A stretch of DNA of 48,272 nucleotides. Origin: Actinomycetota bacterium. GTDB taxonomy: Bacteria > Actinomycetota > UBA4738 > HRBIN12. Numbering within the stretch: position 1 is the first letter of the stretch; each line of letters opens with the position of its first letter. The stretch spans positions 1 to 48,272 of the forward strand of contig DASSDW010000264.1 in the NCBI GenBank assembly GCA_035696925.1. The letters run 5' to 3'. The position numbers and the translations under genes were made by a program. Shown here in pieces: positions 7,813 to 16,828 of this stretch. Below the pieces are notes generated by a model that made no database searches, was not told the origin of the DNA, and saw only the letters and a list, made by a program, of their open reading frames with translations.

Positions 7813-8865
7813 TCAGGACGTCTCGCGCACGGTGTCCCGGCCGCAGCCGGTCGCTCCCCGCCGATCCAGCGCGTCCCGCCACTCCGACAGGAACGGCACG
7901 AGGAGCTCGGCCTCGAGATCCTGGAAACCCTCGTCGGGGTGGATCCCGTCTGTCTGCACCGCCTCGTCCGGTACGAAAGCGGTCCAGTCGGCGATCGAGA
8001 CGTTCGGGTAGGTCGGCGCGACCTCCCTGATCGCCTCGTTGACCTCGGGGATGATCAGGTCGTCCTCCGGACCCCTCGTCGTCTGCCAGATCACGAGCGG
8101 GACGCCCGCCACGGTATCGAGGGTCTCGACGAGGTGCGAGCGGAACACCGCGGGGGACGTGTCGTTGGTGCCGAGCTCGATCACCACGGCGTCCGCGTCC
8201 TGCTCGACGGCTGCCTGCGCCAGCTCGACGCCGGACGACGACGACCGACCCACCTCGGCGTCGAGGGTCAGGCTCCAATCGGCGAGGGCTGTCTCCACCT
8301 CCTCACGGCCGCCATCCATGATCGAGTCCCCGATGATCCACACGATCGGTGGATCGTGGAGCCGCTGCCGCCCTTCGAGCTGGAGCCACCGCTCCGTGCG
8401 GCCCTCCTCGCGGACGTAGACGAGTCGCTCCGGCTCGACGATGGGCTCGCCCTCCACCGTCGGACTCGAGCCGGCCGGCGTGGGCGTCGGCAACGGCGGG
8501 AGCGGGTCGGCGATCAAAACCTCCGTGCCCCGGGCGGCTCCGGCGAACCGGACCTGCGCCGGGAGCGTGCTCGCCGGAACGGCGAACGGACCCCCGAGGA
8601 ACAGGGCCGGCCCGTTCACCGAGGAGATCCGGAGGACGGGGATCGCCGCAGGGGCACAGCGGTACAGGACGAGCACGTCGCCCGGCACGCACGAGCCGTC
8701 CACCTCGAACCGTTGCACCGTGGCTCCGTTCACCTCGGCGGCCGCGCAGGGCTCGCCGCTGGAGCTCGGATCGATCGTGGACGGGTCGAGCGGCGGCGCC
8801 GGCGGACGGCTCCCGTCGCACGCGCCCAGCAGGACGAAGCCGAGCACGAGCGGGACGACCCTCAC
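7813..8865 (-). CDS. SGNH/GDSL hydrolase family lipoprotein
   Basis: The GTG at 8865 overlaps the upstream stop (GTGA) and gives the signal peptide (M)RVVPLVLGFVLLGAC with lipobox LLGA-C. The C-terminal SGNH blocks are IIGDSIMDGG, ELGTNDT and DGIHPD. The longer track ORF (to 9039) overlaps the HAD gene. Confidence 0.8.
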   Translation of the reverse strand: MRVVPLVLGFVLLGACDGSRPPAPPLDPSTIDPSSSGEPCAAAEVNGATVQRFEVDGSCVPGDVLVLYRCAPAAIPVLRISSVNGPALFLGGPFAVPASTLPAQVRFAGAARGTEVLIADPLPPLPTPTPAGSSPTVEGEPIVEPERLVYVREEGRTERWLQLEGRQRLHDPPIVWIIGDSIMDGGREEVETALADWSLTLDAEVGRSSSSGVELAQAAVEQDADAVVIELGTNDTSPAVFRSHLVETLDTVAGVPLVIWQTTRGPEDDLIIPEVNEAIREVAPTYPNVSIADWTAFVPDEAVQTDGIHPDEGFQDLEAELLVPFLSEWRDALDRRGATGCGRDTVRETS

Positions 8866-9686
8866 GAGGAGGACGCGGCGCGGCGGCCGGCGGCGCGCGA
8901 GCGCAGCACCACCCAGATGAGCACCGCGGCCACGCCGGCCGCCGCGAGGGCGGCCGTCACGCTCGCCCTCGGGCCCGGGACGGCCGAAGCCAGCCGGGTC
9001 CGCATCCGCACGGGCCGATGGAAGTCGCGGATGGGCCAACCCTGTTCCTCCGCCACCCTTCGGAGCTCCTTGTCGGGGTTCACGGCCACCGGGTGACCGA
9101 CGGCGCCGAGGAGCGGCAGGTCGGTCGCGGAGTCGCTGTAGGCGTACGAACGCGTCAGATCGATCCCCACCCGGTGGGCCACGGCGCGGACCGCGGCGGC
9201 CTTCTCCTCGCCGTACGCGTAGTACTCGAGTTCCCCCGTGTATCGGCCGTCCGCACCGATCGCGGCGCGCGTGGCGATCACCCCCGAGACGCCGAAATGG
9301 CGCGCCAGAGGTCGGACGACCTCTTCCGGCGACGACGACACGATGTAGATGCGTCTGCCCTCGGATCGATGGAGCTCCATCAGATCGAGCGCCTCGGCGT
9401 AGACGTAGGGATCGATCACCTCCAGGATCACGTCTTCGACGAGCCGCTCCACCTGCGCGCGATCCCAGCCCTTCGTGAGCTGGAGCATCCCTTCCTTCAG
9501 GCGCTCCATCTTCCCCTCGTCGGCTCCCACGAGCAGGTAGACGAGCTGGGCGTACGCACCGCGGAGCAGCTGACCGCGGGAGACCATCCCCGCCCGGTAC
9601 AGGGGGCGCGAGAGCGCGAGGGTGCTGGACCGCGAGATCACGGTCTTGTCCAGATCGAAGAATGCAGCTTCCATCGGAACAACCAT
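8862..9686 (-). CDS. HAD-IB family hydrolase (SerB-like phosphatase fold) with a C-terminal membrane anchor
   Basis: FFDLDKTV (motif I DxDxT), IVSSSPEE (motif II), AYSDSATDLPLL (motif IV). C-terminal TM helix AALAAAGVAAVLIWVVL. Start is the ATG at 9686 or 9674. Confidence 0.85.
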   Translation of the reverse strand: MVVPMEAAFFDLDKTVISRSSTLALSRPLYRAGMVSRGQLLRGAYAQLVYLLVGADEGKMERLKEGMLQLTKGWDRAQVERLVEDVILEVIDPYVYAEALDLMELHRSEGRRIYIVSSSPEEVVRPLARHFGVSGVIATRAAIGADGRYTGELEYYAYGEEKAAAVRAVAHRVGIDLTRSYAYSDSATDLPLLGAVGHPVAVNPDKELRRVAEEQGWPIRDFHRPVRMRTRLASAVPGPRASVTAALAAAGVAAVLIWVVLRSRAAGRRAASSS

Positions 9687-9729
9687 CGTACGGGGACCCC
9701 GTGACGTTGAGGGGAACCGCCGGAACGCC

Positions 9730-10569
9730 TCAGCCGAAGACGATCTCCTCGCCTTCGCGGGCGAGGTCGACGGCGCCGTCGCTCCAGAGCTCGCGTACCC
9801 GCTCGCAGAGCGCATCGAGCTCGTCGTCGGAGTGATTGGGATCGTGATGGAACAGGAGGAGCCGTCGCGCGGACGCGAGTCGGGCGAAATCGGCGACGTG
9901 GTGGGTGCTGGAGTGACCGAACCCCGCGCGCCCCGGGTACTCCTCCTCGGTGTACTGGCAGTCGTGGATCAGGACGTCGACGCCCGTGGCGACCTCGAAC
10001 CCGGACACCCACTCGGGCTCCACCTTCGACAGGTCGACCGACAGCGCCGGCTCGTGGTCGGTGAGATAGGCGAGGCTCCGGCCTCCGTCCTCGATCCGGT
10101 AGCCCACGGTCGGGCCTCGGTGGATGATCGGACGGGCGATGATCGTCGCCGAGCCGAGCATCCACGGCTCGTACGGAGCGTCGTGGAGCTCGAGGTGGGC
10201 GGGCACCTCGGCGAGCCGGACGGGGAACAGGGGCGGCGAGAGGTACTGCGAGATCCGGTCGGAGAGCGATCGCGTCGGCGAGGGCGGCCCCCAGATGTGG
10301 AGCTGCGCCGTCCGATCCCACAGCGGCGCGAAGAACCCGAGCCCTTCGAGGTGATCGAGGTGGAGATGGCTCAGCAGGATGTCGATGCGTCTGGGCGCCG
10401 TCCCGTCCAGGGTCGCCCCGAGCGCCCGGATCCCGGTTCCCGAGTCGAGGATGACCAGGCTCCCGTCGTCGAGGCGCACCTCCACGCACGAGGTGTTGCC
10501 ACCGGTCCGGACTGTGTCCGGTCCCGGCGACGCCAGTGAGCCCCGGGAGCCCCAGAACCTGGCGCGCAC
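9730..10569 (-). CDS. MBL-fold metallo-hydrolase
   Basis: GTG start. LLSHLHLDHLEGLGFF (HxHxDH motif). The N-terminus FWGSRGS is typical of the Lactamase_B_2 group. Confidence 0.85.
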   Translation of the reverse strand: MRARFWGSRGSLASPGPDTVRTGGNTSCVEVRLDDGSLVILDSGTGIRALGATLDGTAPRRIDILLSHLHLDHLEGLGFFAPLWDRTAQLHIWGPPSPTRSLSDRISQYLSPPLFPVRLAEVPAHLELHDAPYEPWMLGSATIIARPIIHRGPTVGYRIEDGGRSLAYLTDHEPALSVDLSKVEPEWVSGFEVATGVDVLIHDCQYTEEEYPGRAGFGHSSTHHVADFARLASARRLLLFHHDPNHSDDELDALCERVRELWSDGAVDLAREGEEIVFG

Positions 10570-10570
10570 G

Positions 10571-10984
10571 TCAGGCCTCCCCGGCCGGCTCCCAGAAGAC
10601 GGCGAGTCCGCCCACGAGCTGATCCTCCTGCGCGAACAGCGGCACGGCCACGACCTCGAGGTCGTGGGTCCGCCCGTCCATCGACTCGATCCGCAGATGC
10701 CCGTGGCTGGGGATCCCTTCGCGGAAGGCCGAGGCGAGCGGCAGGTCCGCGAGAGGGATCGGCGCTCCCGATTCGTCGACGGGCTTGAAGGTCTTCGCGA
10801 GCTCCGCGCTACTCATCTGGGCCTCGGCGTACGGACGTCCCAAGATCCGCTCCGCCGGTTCGTTGAAGAAGACGAGATCCCCGTCGGGGTCGACGAGGAG
10901 CATGGCGCTCGCGAGGTTCGCGGCCAGGTCCTTCGCCAGGATCAGCGCGATGTGTCGCTGCTTCGGCGCCGCCGGCTCCGTCAC
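10571..10984 (-). CDS. Stand-alone PAS domain protein
   Basis: 137 aa with a GTG start. LLVDPDGDLVFFNEPAERILGRPYAE ... GRTHDLEVVAVPL has a PAS-fold pattern. The stop lies 1 nt from the start of the MBL gene. Confidence 0.7.
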   Translation of the reverse strand: MTEPAAPKQRHIALILAKDLAANLASAMLLVDPDGDLVFFNEPAERILGRPYAEAQMSSAELAKTFKPVDESGAPIPLADLPLASAFREGIPSHGHLRIESMDGRTHDLEVVAVPLFAQEDQLVGGLAVFWEPAGEA

Positions 10985-11037
10985 GTTCGCGACGCTACAC
11001 CACGAGCCCCGGAGCCCGCGCGGCTATCCTCGGACAC

Positions 11038-11130
11038 GGAGGCGTCTGGGTTCCTGGTGGGCCCCGCGGTCTTCAAAACCGACGAGAGGGCGACGAGCTC
11101 TCTGGCGGGTTCGATTCCCGTCCGCCTCCG
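11038..11130 (+). tRNA. selC: tRNA-Sec (anticodon UCA)
   Basis: 93 nt: GGAGGCGT..CGCCTCC-G. Acceptor stem of 8 positions (7 pairs plus a U.C mismatch) and a 5-bp T stem (GCGGG/CCCGT) around TTCGATT, which is the bacterial 8/5 Sec geometry. The anticodon loop is CTTCAAA. A long variable arm has a GAGAG/CTCTC stem. The discriminator is G, and no CCA is encoded. Confidence 0.78.
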
Positions 11131-11236
11131 CGACCTGCACGTTCGCTGGCACGACGGGTTCGGTCCTGCCGGGACCGACGGAGGGTTAGGCTGAGAGAAC
11201 GTGCGGAGGGCCTGGAGGCCCGGGAGGGAGAGAAGC

Positions 11237-11626
11237 ATGGACAAGGTCGTGCACTTCGAGATCCCGGTCGACGATGCGGCACGGGCTCGGGAGTTCTACG
11301 GCTCCGCTTTCGAGTGGGAGCTGGACGAGGCGGACATGGGTGGCGGCAACATGTACACGACGGTCACCACCACCCCGGTCGACGAGGCCACGCGGCTCCC
11401 CACGGAGCCCGGCGCCATCAACGGCGGCCTGTTCCAGCGGACCGCGGACACGCCCACCCCGGTCATCACGATCGGCGTGACGTCCATCGACGAGTCGCTG
11501 AAGAAGGTGGACGCCGGCGGCGGCAGCATCGTCCAGCCGCGCACCGAGATCCCGGACATGGGCGCCTACGCGTACTTCAAGGACTCCGAGGGCAACGTGG
11601 TCGGCTTGTGGGAGACCCGCATCTGA
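11237..11626 (+). CDS. VOC family protein (glyoxalase/bleomycin-resistance fold)
   Basis: RBS GGGAGGGAGAG. MDKVVHFEIPVDDAARAREFYGSAFEWEL ... AYFKDSEGNVVGLWE is typical of VOC proteins. Confidence 0.85.
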   Translation: MDKVVHFEIPVDDAARAREFYGSAFEWELDEADMGGGNMYTTVTTTPVDEATRLPTEPGAINGGLFQRTADTPTPVITIGVTSIDESLKKVDAGGGSIVQPRTEIPDMGAYAYFKDSEGNVVGLWETRI

Positions 11627-11636
11627 TCGACACGTC

Positions 11637-11671
11637 CTGAACCGGTCGACCGGAGGCTGACGTCGGTTCAG
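11637..11671. terminator. Hairpin between convergent genes (CTGAACCG ... CGGTTCAG)
   Basis: 8-bp perfect stem at 11637-11644 / 11664-11671 with a 19-nt loop. It overlaps the stop of the minus-strand lipoprotein gene. There is no U-tract. Confidence 0.3.
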
Positions 11672-13077
11672 CCCGGGTCAAGCCCCGCGAGGATGTGCCG
11701 GAGGCGACCGGCCGCCTGGGCGGCCGCGGCGGGCTCCTCGTCCACCACGGCGACCTGGATCGCGCCGAGGGCGGAGTTCACGCGAGCGAGCTCGGCCTCA
11801 TCGAGGGCGACCCAGATCCGGTCACGGACGTAGTCCATCGCGTACGCGTCCGCCGCAACCCCGTCGGTGTCCCCGGCCGCCTCGTCCACCAGGAGCTGCG
11901 CCGCCCAGAGGTCCATCCGAGCGAGGTCGATCTCCGTCGCGGGCCGGTACCGAAGCTGGAGGTCGAAGCTCAACCGGGCTGCTTCGATCGCTGTGTTCCG
12001 AGCCCGAACGGGGCTGCGAGCTTCCACGGCCGCGTCGAGCGCGTTCACGGCTGCATCCAACAGCGGCGCGATCAGGCTGGGCACGTCCGCCGACCGGGAT
12101 GCCCTCCACGCGGACACCACGTCCGAGGCCGCGGTCGTCGCGGCCTTCCAGTCGCCCGATCCGGCCGCAGCGAACACCGACAGAGCCCCGTCCGACATCG
12201 TCGTGAGCTCGATCGGCATCGCCCCGGTCGCCTCGTCCGTCGGTACGGCGAGAGCGAGCGCCTCGACGTCGCCTCCACCGGACGTGGAGAACTCCCCGTA
12301 CCCGGGGGCGAAGAACTTGTCCTCGGTGCCCCCGTCCATGTGGAGCTCCGAGGCGAGCATCCCGCCCTCGATCGGGCCGAGCGGCCCATCGAGCGTCTCT
12401 TGGACGGACGCCACGGTGACCTCTTCGAACACGATCCCGGGTGCGTTCTCGGGTCGGTAGACGTCACCCACCTGTGGATCCGCCGGCATGATCATCGCGG
12501 CCGGCCCATCCCTGCCGGCGAGCCACGTCCCCTCGGTGACGACGATCGCACCGTCCCGGAAATCGAAGACGTCCTCGCCGAAGTACCAGACGGATCCGTC
12601 GTCCGCCTGCGCGTACATGTCGAACGCGACCTCCGCGATCCTTTCCCCGAGGAAGGCGTTGTATTGCGAAACGGCCACCTCGACCCGTTGACCGTGCCAA
12701 TCGATGATCCGCGTCTCGGGCAGGAGCGTGACCTCGGTCCGGAACGGTTCGCCGTCGACGTGTCCGAGGAGCACGACCGACTCCTGGTGCGAGATCGGGA
12801 ACAGCGGGTTGGTGATGGTCGTGGGATCGGAGAACGTGGGCATCGCGGTGTCGACCCGCTCCCCCTCCGGAGCGAGGAGGAGGTCCCCGAGGACCGACGG
12901 CTGCGGGATCGTCGCAGGCGCGTCGGCCGAGGGAGTCGTCGCCGACGGCGTCGCCGTGGTGGGCGTGGCTTCCGGGCTCGCCGTGCATGCACCGACCAGT
13001 GAAGCGGCAGCGACGATGGCGAGGGCAAACAGATCGTGTCGGACCGGACCCGTCGGTCTCTCCGTGTCCATGCGCAT
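11668..13077 (-). CDS. Lipoprotein of unknown function (469 aa)
   Basis: ATG at 13077 preceded by GGAGGAGGAAC. The signal peptide ends in a lipobox (LFALAIVAAASLVGAC), followed by a Thr/Pro/Ser/Ala-rich linker. The C-terminal part is Ala-rich and helical. No family recognised. Confidence 0.7.
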   Translation of the reverse strand: MRMDTERPTGPVRHDLFALAIVAAASLVGACTASPEATPTTATPSATTPSADAPATIPQPSVLGDLLLAPEGERVDTAMPTFSDPTTITNPLFPISHQESVVLLGHVDGEPFRTEVTLLPETRIIDWHGQRVEVAVSQYNAFLGERIAEVAFDMYAQADDGSVWYFGEDVFDFRDGAIVVTEGTWLAGRDGPAAMIMPADPQVGDVYRPENAPGIVFEEVTVASVQETLDGPLGPIEGGMLASELHMDGGTEDKFFAPGYGEFSTSGGGDVEALALAVPTDEATGAMPIELTTMSDGALSVFAAAGSGDWKAATTAASDVVSAWRASRSADVPSLIAPLLDAAVNALDAAVEARSPVRARNTAIEAARLSFDLQLRYRPATEIDLARMDLWAAQLLVDEAAGDTDGVAADAYAMDYVRDRIWVALDEAELARVNSALGAIQVAVVDEEPAAAAQAAGRLRHILAGLDPG

Positions 13078-13145
13078 CCGTTCCTCCTCCGTGTCCTCAG
13101 GCCAGCAGCGTGCCCGAGCGAGGATGAACGGTCGCTGAACGGGCC

Positions 13146-14006
13146 GTGATGGATCCCTGGCGCGTGGCGACCAAGAGCCGCGGCCGGAAGGACGCCGGGT
13201 ATGCTCCCCGCTCCGACCGGACCGGAGCTGCCGTGCGAGAACTCCAGACGCCGAACGAGCGGGGTGATGACGCGGTCCCCGCGACGCCCGCACCCGATCA
13301 TTGGAGCGGGTCGAAGCACGTCGTCCAGGTCCGGCCTCATGTGTGGAACTGGCTCGCCCCGCGGATCGGTGGTGGCGCCGTGCTGGAGATCGGTCCCGGG
13401 CTCCGGCCGACCGCGCCCGTCGCCACGTCGACGTTCATCGATGCATCGACACACGCCCTGCGAAGTCTCGCGGCCCGCGGCGCGACGACGGCGGCCGTGG
13501 AGGGGGCACTGCCCTTCCCCGACGACTCCTTCGACGCGGTGCTCGCCTTCGAGGTCATCGAACACGTTCAGGACGACACGGGTCTCCTGGGCGAGATGGC
13601 CCGTGTCAGCCGGCCCGGCGGGGTCCTGATCCTCTCCACCCCGGTGCACGCCACGATGTGGTCACCCCTGGACGAAGCGTGTGGTCATGTCCGTCGAGAC
13701 GAACCGCCGACCCTGTTCGAGAAGGTGCGGACGGCCGGCTTCGAGATCGGTGGCTATTCGTGGACCCCCGCACCTTCCCGGCTCCTCACGGGCATCCGGG
13801 TCCGGGCCCTTCGATCGAGTCGCCGGCTCTCGACCGCGTTCGTGCAGGCGCTGGTGTTCCCGATCCATGCCGCCGCACAGCGGATGTTCGCGAGGGTGAG
13901 GTGGCAGGCTCCGGCCGAGCCCGTGCCGGACGACGCGGACGACGTGATGCTCTGGGCGACGAAGGCCACCGAGGAGACACGTTCGACGCACGGGCATCGC
14001 GGGTAG
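13146..14006 (+). CDS. Class I SAM-dependent methyltransferase
   Basis: VLEIGPGLRP (motif I) and FDAVLAFEVIEHVQDDTGLLGEMARVSRPGGVLILSTP (Methyltransf_11 pattern). The start is GTG 13146 or ATG 13149. The N-terminal extension is uncertain. Confidence 0.8.
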   Translation: MMDPWRVATKSRGRKDAGYAPRSDRTGAAVRELQTPNERGDDAVPATPAPDHWSGSKHVVQVRPHVWNWLAPRIGGGAVLEIGPGLRPTAPVATSTFIDASTHALRSLAARGATTAAVEGALPFPDDSFDAVLAFEVIEHVQDDTGLLGEMARVSRPGGVLILSTPVHATMWSPLDEACGHVRRDEPPTLFEKVRTAGFEIGGYSWTPAPSRLLTGIRVRALRSSRRLSTAFVQALVFPIHAAAQRMFARVRWQAPAEPVPDDADDVMLWATKATEETRSTHGHRG

Positions 14007-14043
14007 AGACATCCCAGACACGGACTGGAAAGGACGTTTCCGA

Positions 14044-14481
14044 GTGATCTCGTGGCTGTGGAGATTCTCCCCGGTGGGTCGCCTGGCCACCGCGTGGTGG
14101 GCGTGGCGGAATCGGAGGGAAGTGGGACGGTGGCTCGGATTCGCGTGGCGAGCCGTGCCGCCGTCGGCCGCCGACCGAAGTGACCTCGTGGCCGAGGCGA
14201 GGCTCCGTACCGCCCTCGCGAGGGAGCCTCGCACCCGTGGCGCCCCCTCGCTCACCGTTCGCGTGCACGCTCGGACCGCGTTCCTCGGCGGGAACCTCCC
14301 GTTCGACGTCCACGACCTCGCGTACGCGATCGCTCGTCGCACGACCGGCGTGCTCCGCGTCGAGTGCGCGATCCGCGACCGCGGTCGCCGGCGCGCACCG
14401 GAGACGCATCACCATCACGGCGGTGTCGCCGCGCTCCCTCCTCCCCCTCCGGGGCATCAGTCGGCGAGATCGATCTCCTGA
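14044..14481 (+). CDS. Hypothetical protein with a weak BON-like segment
   Basis: GTG start and high GC3. Trp-rich N-terminus. EARLRTALAREPRTRGAPSLTVRVHARTAFLGGNLPFDVHDLAYAIARRTTGVLRVECAIR resembles a BON domain. It converges with the MFS gene and overlaps it by 25 nt. Confidence 0.45.
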   Translation: MISWLWRFSPVGRLATAWWAWRNRREVGRWLGFAWRAVPPSAADRSDLVAEARLRTALAREPRTRGAPSLTVRVHARTAFLGGNLPFDVHDLAYAIARRTTGVLRVECAIRDRGRRRAPETHHHHGGVAALPPPPPGHQSARSIS

Positions 14482-15719
14482 TCCATCGCGTCCGGAGCGA
14501 CGGTGCCGACGGTGCCGCGCCGGATCGCACGGAGGTACAGGAACAGGATCGGCAGTCGGAGCAGGCCGGCGAGCGAAAGGGCCCACGGCACCGAGACGGC
14601 ACGGCCGACCCCCCCGACCACCGGCCCGGCCATCGCCTGACCGACGGCATCGGCCTGACCACCCATCGAGTTGATCGTGGCCCGGGTGGCGGGGTCGAGC
14701 CCCTGGTTGATCCAGGCCGTGAACACCGGACCGCGCAGGCTGCGCAGACCACCGACGATCCAGAAGAGGATCGCCGCCCACCAGAAGCTTCCGACGACCG
14801 CGAACCCCACGACGCTGGCGATCAGCAACACGTCGACGAGGGCGAGGAGCTTCGCCACGAGGCCGTGGCCCTCCAGATGCCCCCGGCGCCGCACGTAGGC
14901 GAGCGCGGCGATGCCGAGGACCAGTCCCACGCCGTCGAGGATCCCGAACCACACGATCGGCTCGAGGTCGCCGAGCGAAGGTAGTCCGATGCCACGCAGG
15001 AGCTGGAGATCGGACAGGCGATCCCAGCCCTCGGTCGACGCCCCGTGCAGCGCGGCCGTCGCCAGGATCAGCAGCAGCACGTGATGCGCGCGGACCTGTC
15101 GGACCGCGTCCCGCAACGTGACGCGCATGGAGTGTCGGAGCTTCGCCCCGGCGTCTCGCGTGGGGCGCCGGGTCTCCGTCATCCCGAACGCGAGCGCCAG
15201 GCCCAGGACGGCGTATCCGAGGCCGCAGACGAGGATCGGGAGCCGGAGCGCGATCGACGCGAGCGCCACGCTTCCGGCGATCCCGACCAGCGCCCCGCCG
15301 TTGAAGAACTGCTCGCTCCGGACGTAGAGGGGTCGAGCCGCGTCCTCACCCACCTCATCGGTGAGCCAGGCCACGTCCGCCCCGCTCACGAACGTCGCCG
15401 ACACGCCGTAGAGGACCTGCGAGAGAGCTGCGACCCCGAACGAATCCGCGGACCCCAGCATCACGAACGCGATGCCCGTCCCGACGTACCCGATCACGAT
15501 CGACCACTTCCGGCTGACCGTGTCGGCGACGATCCCGGTCGGGACCTCGAACAGGAGATACGAGACCTCGAGGATCGTGCCCATCAGTACGAGCTGGAGC
15601 GGATCCAGCCCCACCTGGATGATCAGGAAGATGCTGTACACCGTGCTGTCGAGGTGGAAGAGGAAACCGTCGACCATCCACATCGCGAGCCAGACCCGCC
15701 CGGCCCGCCACCGTTCCAT
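14457..15719 (-). CDS. MFS transporter
   Basis: 420 aa, polytopic. EVPTGIVADTVSRKWS resembles the MFS loop 2-3 motif. Confidence 0.85.
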   Translation of the reverse strand: MERWRAGRVWLAMWMVDGFLFHLDSTVYSIFLIIQVGLDPLQLVLMGTILEVSYLLFEVPTGIVADTVSRKWSIVIGYVGTGIAFVMLGSADSFGVAALSQVLYGVSATFVSGADVAWLTDEVGEDAARPLYVRSEQFFNGGALVGIAGSVALASIALRLPILVCGLGYAVLGLALAFGMTETRRPTRDAGAKLRHSMRVTLRDAVRQVRAHHVLLLILATAALHGASTEGWDRLSDLQLLRGIGLPSLGDLEPIVWFGILDGVGLVLGIAALAYVRRRGHLEGHGLVAKLLALVDVLLIASVVGFAVVGSFWWAAILFWIVGGLRSLRGPVFTAWINQGLDPATRATINSMGGQADAVGQAMAGPVVGGVGRAVSVPWALSLAGLLRLPILFLYLRAIRRGTVGTVAPDAMDQEIDLAD

Positions 15720-15725
15720 CGGACG

Positions 15726-16823
15726 TCAGGACGCCGGGACGGACGCGATCAGCGGCATCCAGCATTCGAGGACCGTCCCTTCACCGGGTGCGCTGAGCAC
15801 GCGACACCACCCTCCGGCGAGCTCGGCGCGCTCGGTCACGGTCGCCAGGCCGAGGTGACCCGGCGCCGCCCTCTGGGAAGGATCGAACCCGTCACCGTCG
15901 TCCACGATCCGTAGCAGGAGTCCGCCCTCCGACGAAGTCAATCGGACGTCCACATGGGTGGCGTTGGCGTGCTTCCGGGCGTTGGTGACGCCCTCCTGCG
16001 CGATCCGATAGAAGGACACGCGTGCCTCCGGGAGCGGCTCGTCGTCGAGCTCGTTGATCACCTCCCAGGACCATCCGGTCTCCTTCGCGGAGTGCTCGAG
16101 GTACATCGCGATCGCCGGCGTCAGCCCCTCGAGGTCGAGCGCCACGGGACGGAGCTCGAACAGGAGGTTCCGCAAGCGGTCGATCGCCGATCGCAGCTCC
16201 TCGGCCAGCTCGCCGAGTTCGTGTGCATCGAAGCGATCCGGACGGGCGAGCAGCAGCTGCAGCCGCATGTCCACCGCGCTCATCACCTGGATCGGGTCGT
16301 CGTGGATGTCGGCGGCGATCCTGCGACGCTCCTCCTCCTGAGCCGTCTCCAGCAGATGCGCCAGCTCGCGCCGCTGGGCGACCATGCGTCGGACCTCCTC
16401 GAGGCTCGAACGCAGCTGCCCCTCCGCGAGTTTCTGGGGCGTGATGTCCACCATCACGCCGCGCCAGTACACGACGGTGTCGTCCTCCGCTCTCACCGGC
16501 ACGGCCTCGTCGCGGATCCACACCTCCCGACCCGCCTTCGTGAGGATCCGGTACTCGGCGAAGAACCGTTCGGCATTGGCGTTGCTGTCCCGGTGCTCGT
16601 GCACCACGCGCTCGCGGTCGTCGGGATGGATCGACCGGACCCAGAGCTCTTCGTCCTCCATCCATTCCCGGACGCTGTACCCGAGGAGGTCCACGATCTG
16701 TGGGCTCGTGTACAGGTTCGTCGACAGCTCGTCGGGACGGTCGATGTAGAGGATCGCCGGAGCCCCCTCCACGAGATGCCGGTAGGCCTCAGGGTGCAGC
16801 TCCTGCGGCGGCCACTCCGACAT
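15726..16823 (-). CDS. Cytoplasmic PAS-domain sensor histidine kinase (HisKA_3 + HATPase_c, NarL-partner type)
   Basis: PAS region (ILYIDRPDELSTNLYTSPQIVDLLGYSVREW...GVMVDITPQK). H-box EEERRRIAADIHDDPIQ. ATPase region with ARKHANA and DDGDGF. I chose the ATG at 16823 (MSEWPPQ), 5 nt after the upstream stop. Confidence 0.85.
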   Translation of the reverse strand: MSEWPPQELHPEAYRHLVEGAPAILYIDRPDELSTNLYTSPQIVDLLGYSVREWMEDEELWVRSIHPDDRERVVHEHRDSNANAERFFAEYRILTKAGREVWIRDEAVPVRAEDDTVVYWRGVMVDITPQKLAEGQLRSSLEEVRRMVAQRRELAHLLETAQEEERRRIAADIHDDPIQVMSAVDMRLQLLLARPDRFDAHELGELAEELRSAIDRLRNLLFELRPVALDLEGLTPAIAMYLEHSAKETGWSWEVINELDDEPLPEARVSFYRIAQEGVTNARKHANATHVDVRLTSSEGGLLLRIVDDGDGFDPSQRAAPGHLGLATVTERAELAGGWCRVLSAPGEGTVLECWMPLIASVPAS

Positions 16824-16828
16824 CCGGA

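Noticed and set aside
10985-11236. tRNA-Sec as an integration hotspot or genomic island border
   Set aside because: There is no integrase, no recombinase and no visible repeat of the tRNA 3' end downstream. GC content and codon bias on both flanks look like the rest of the window.
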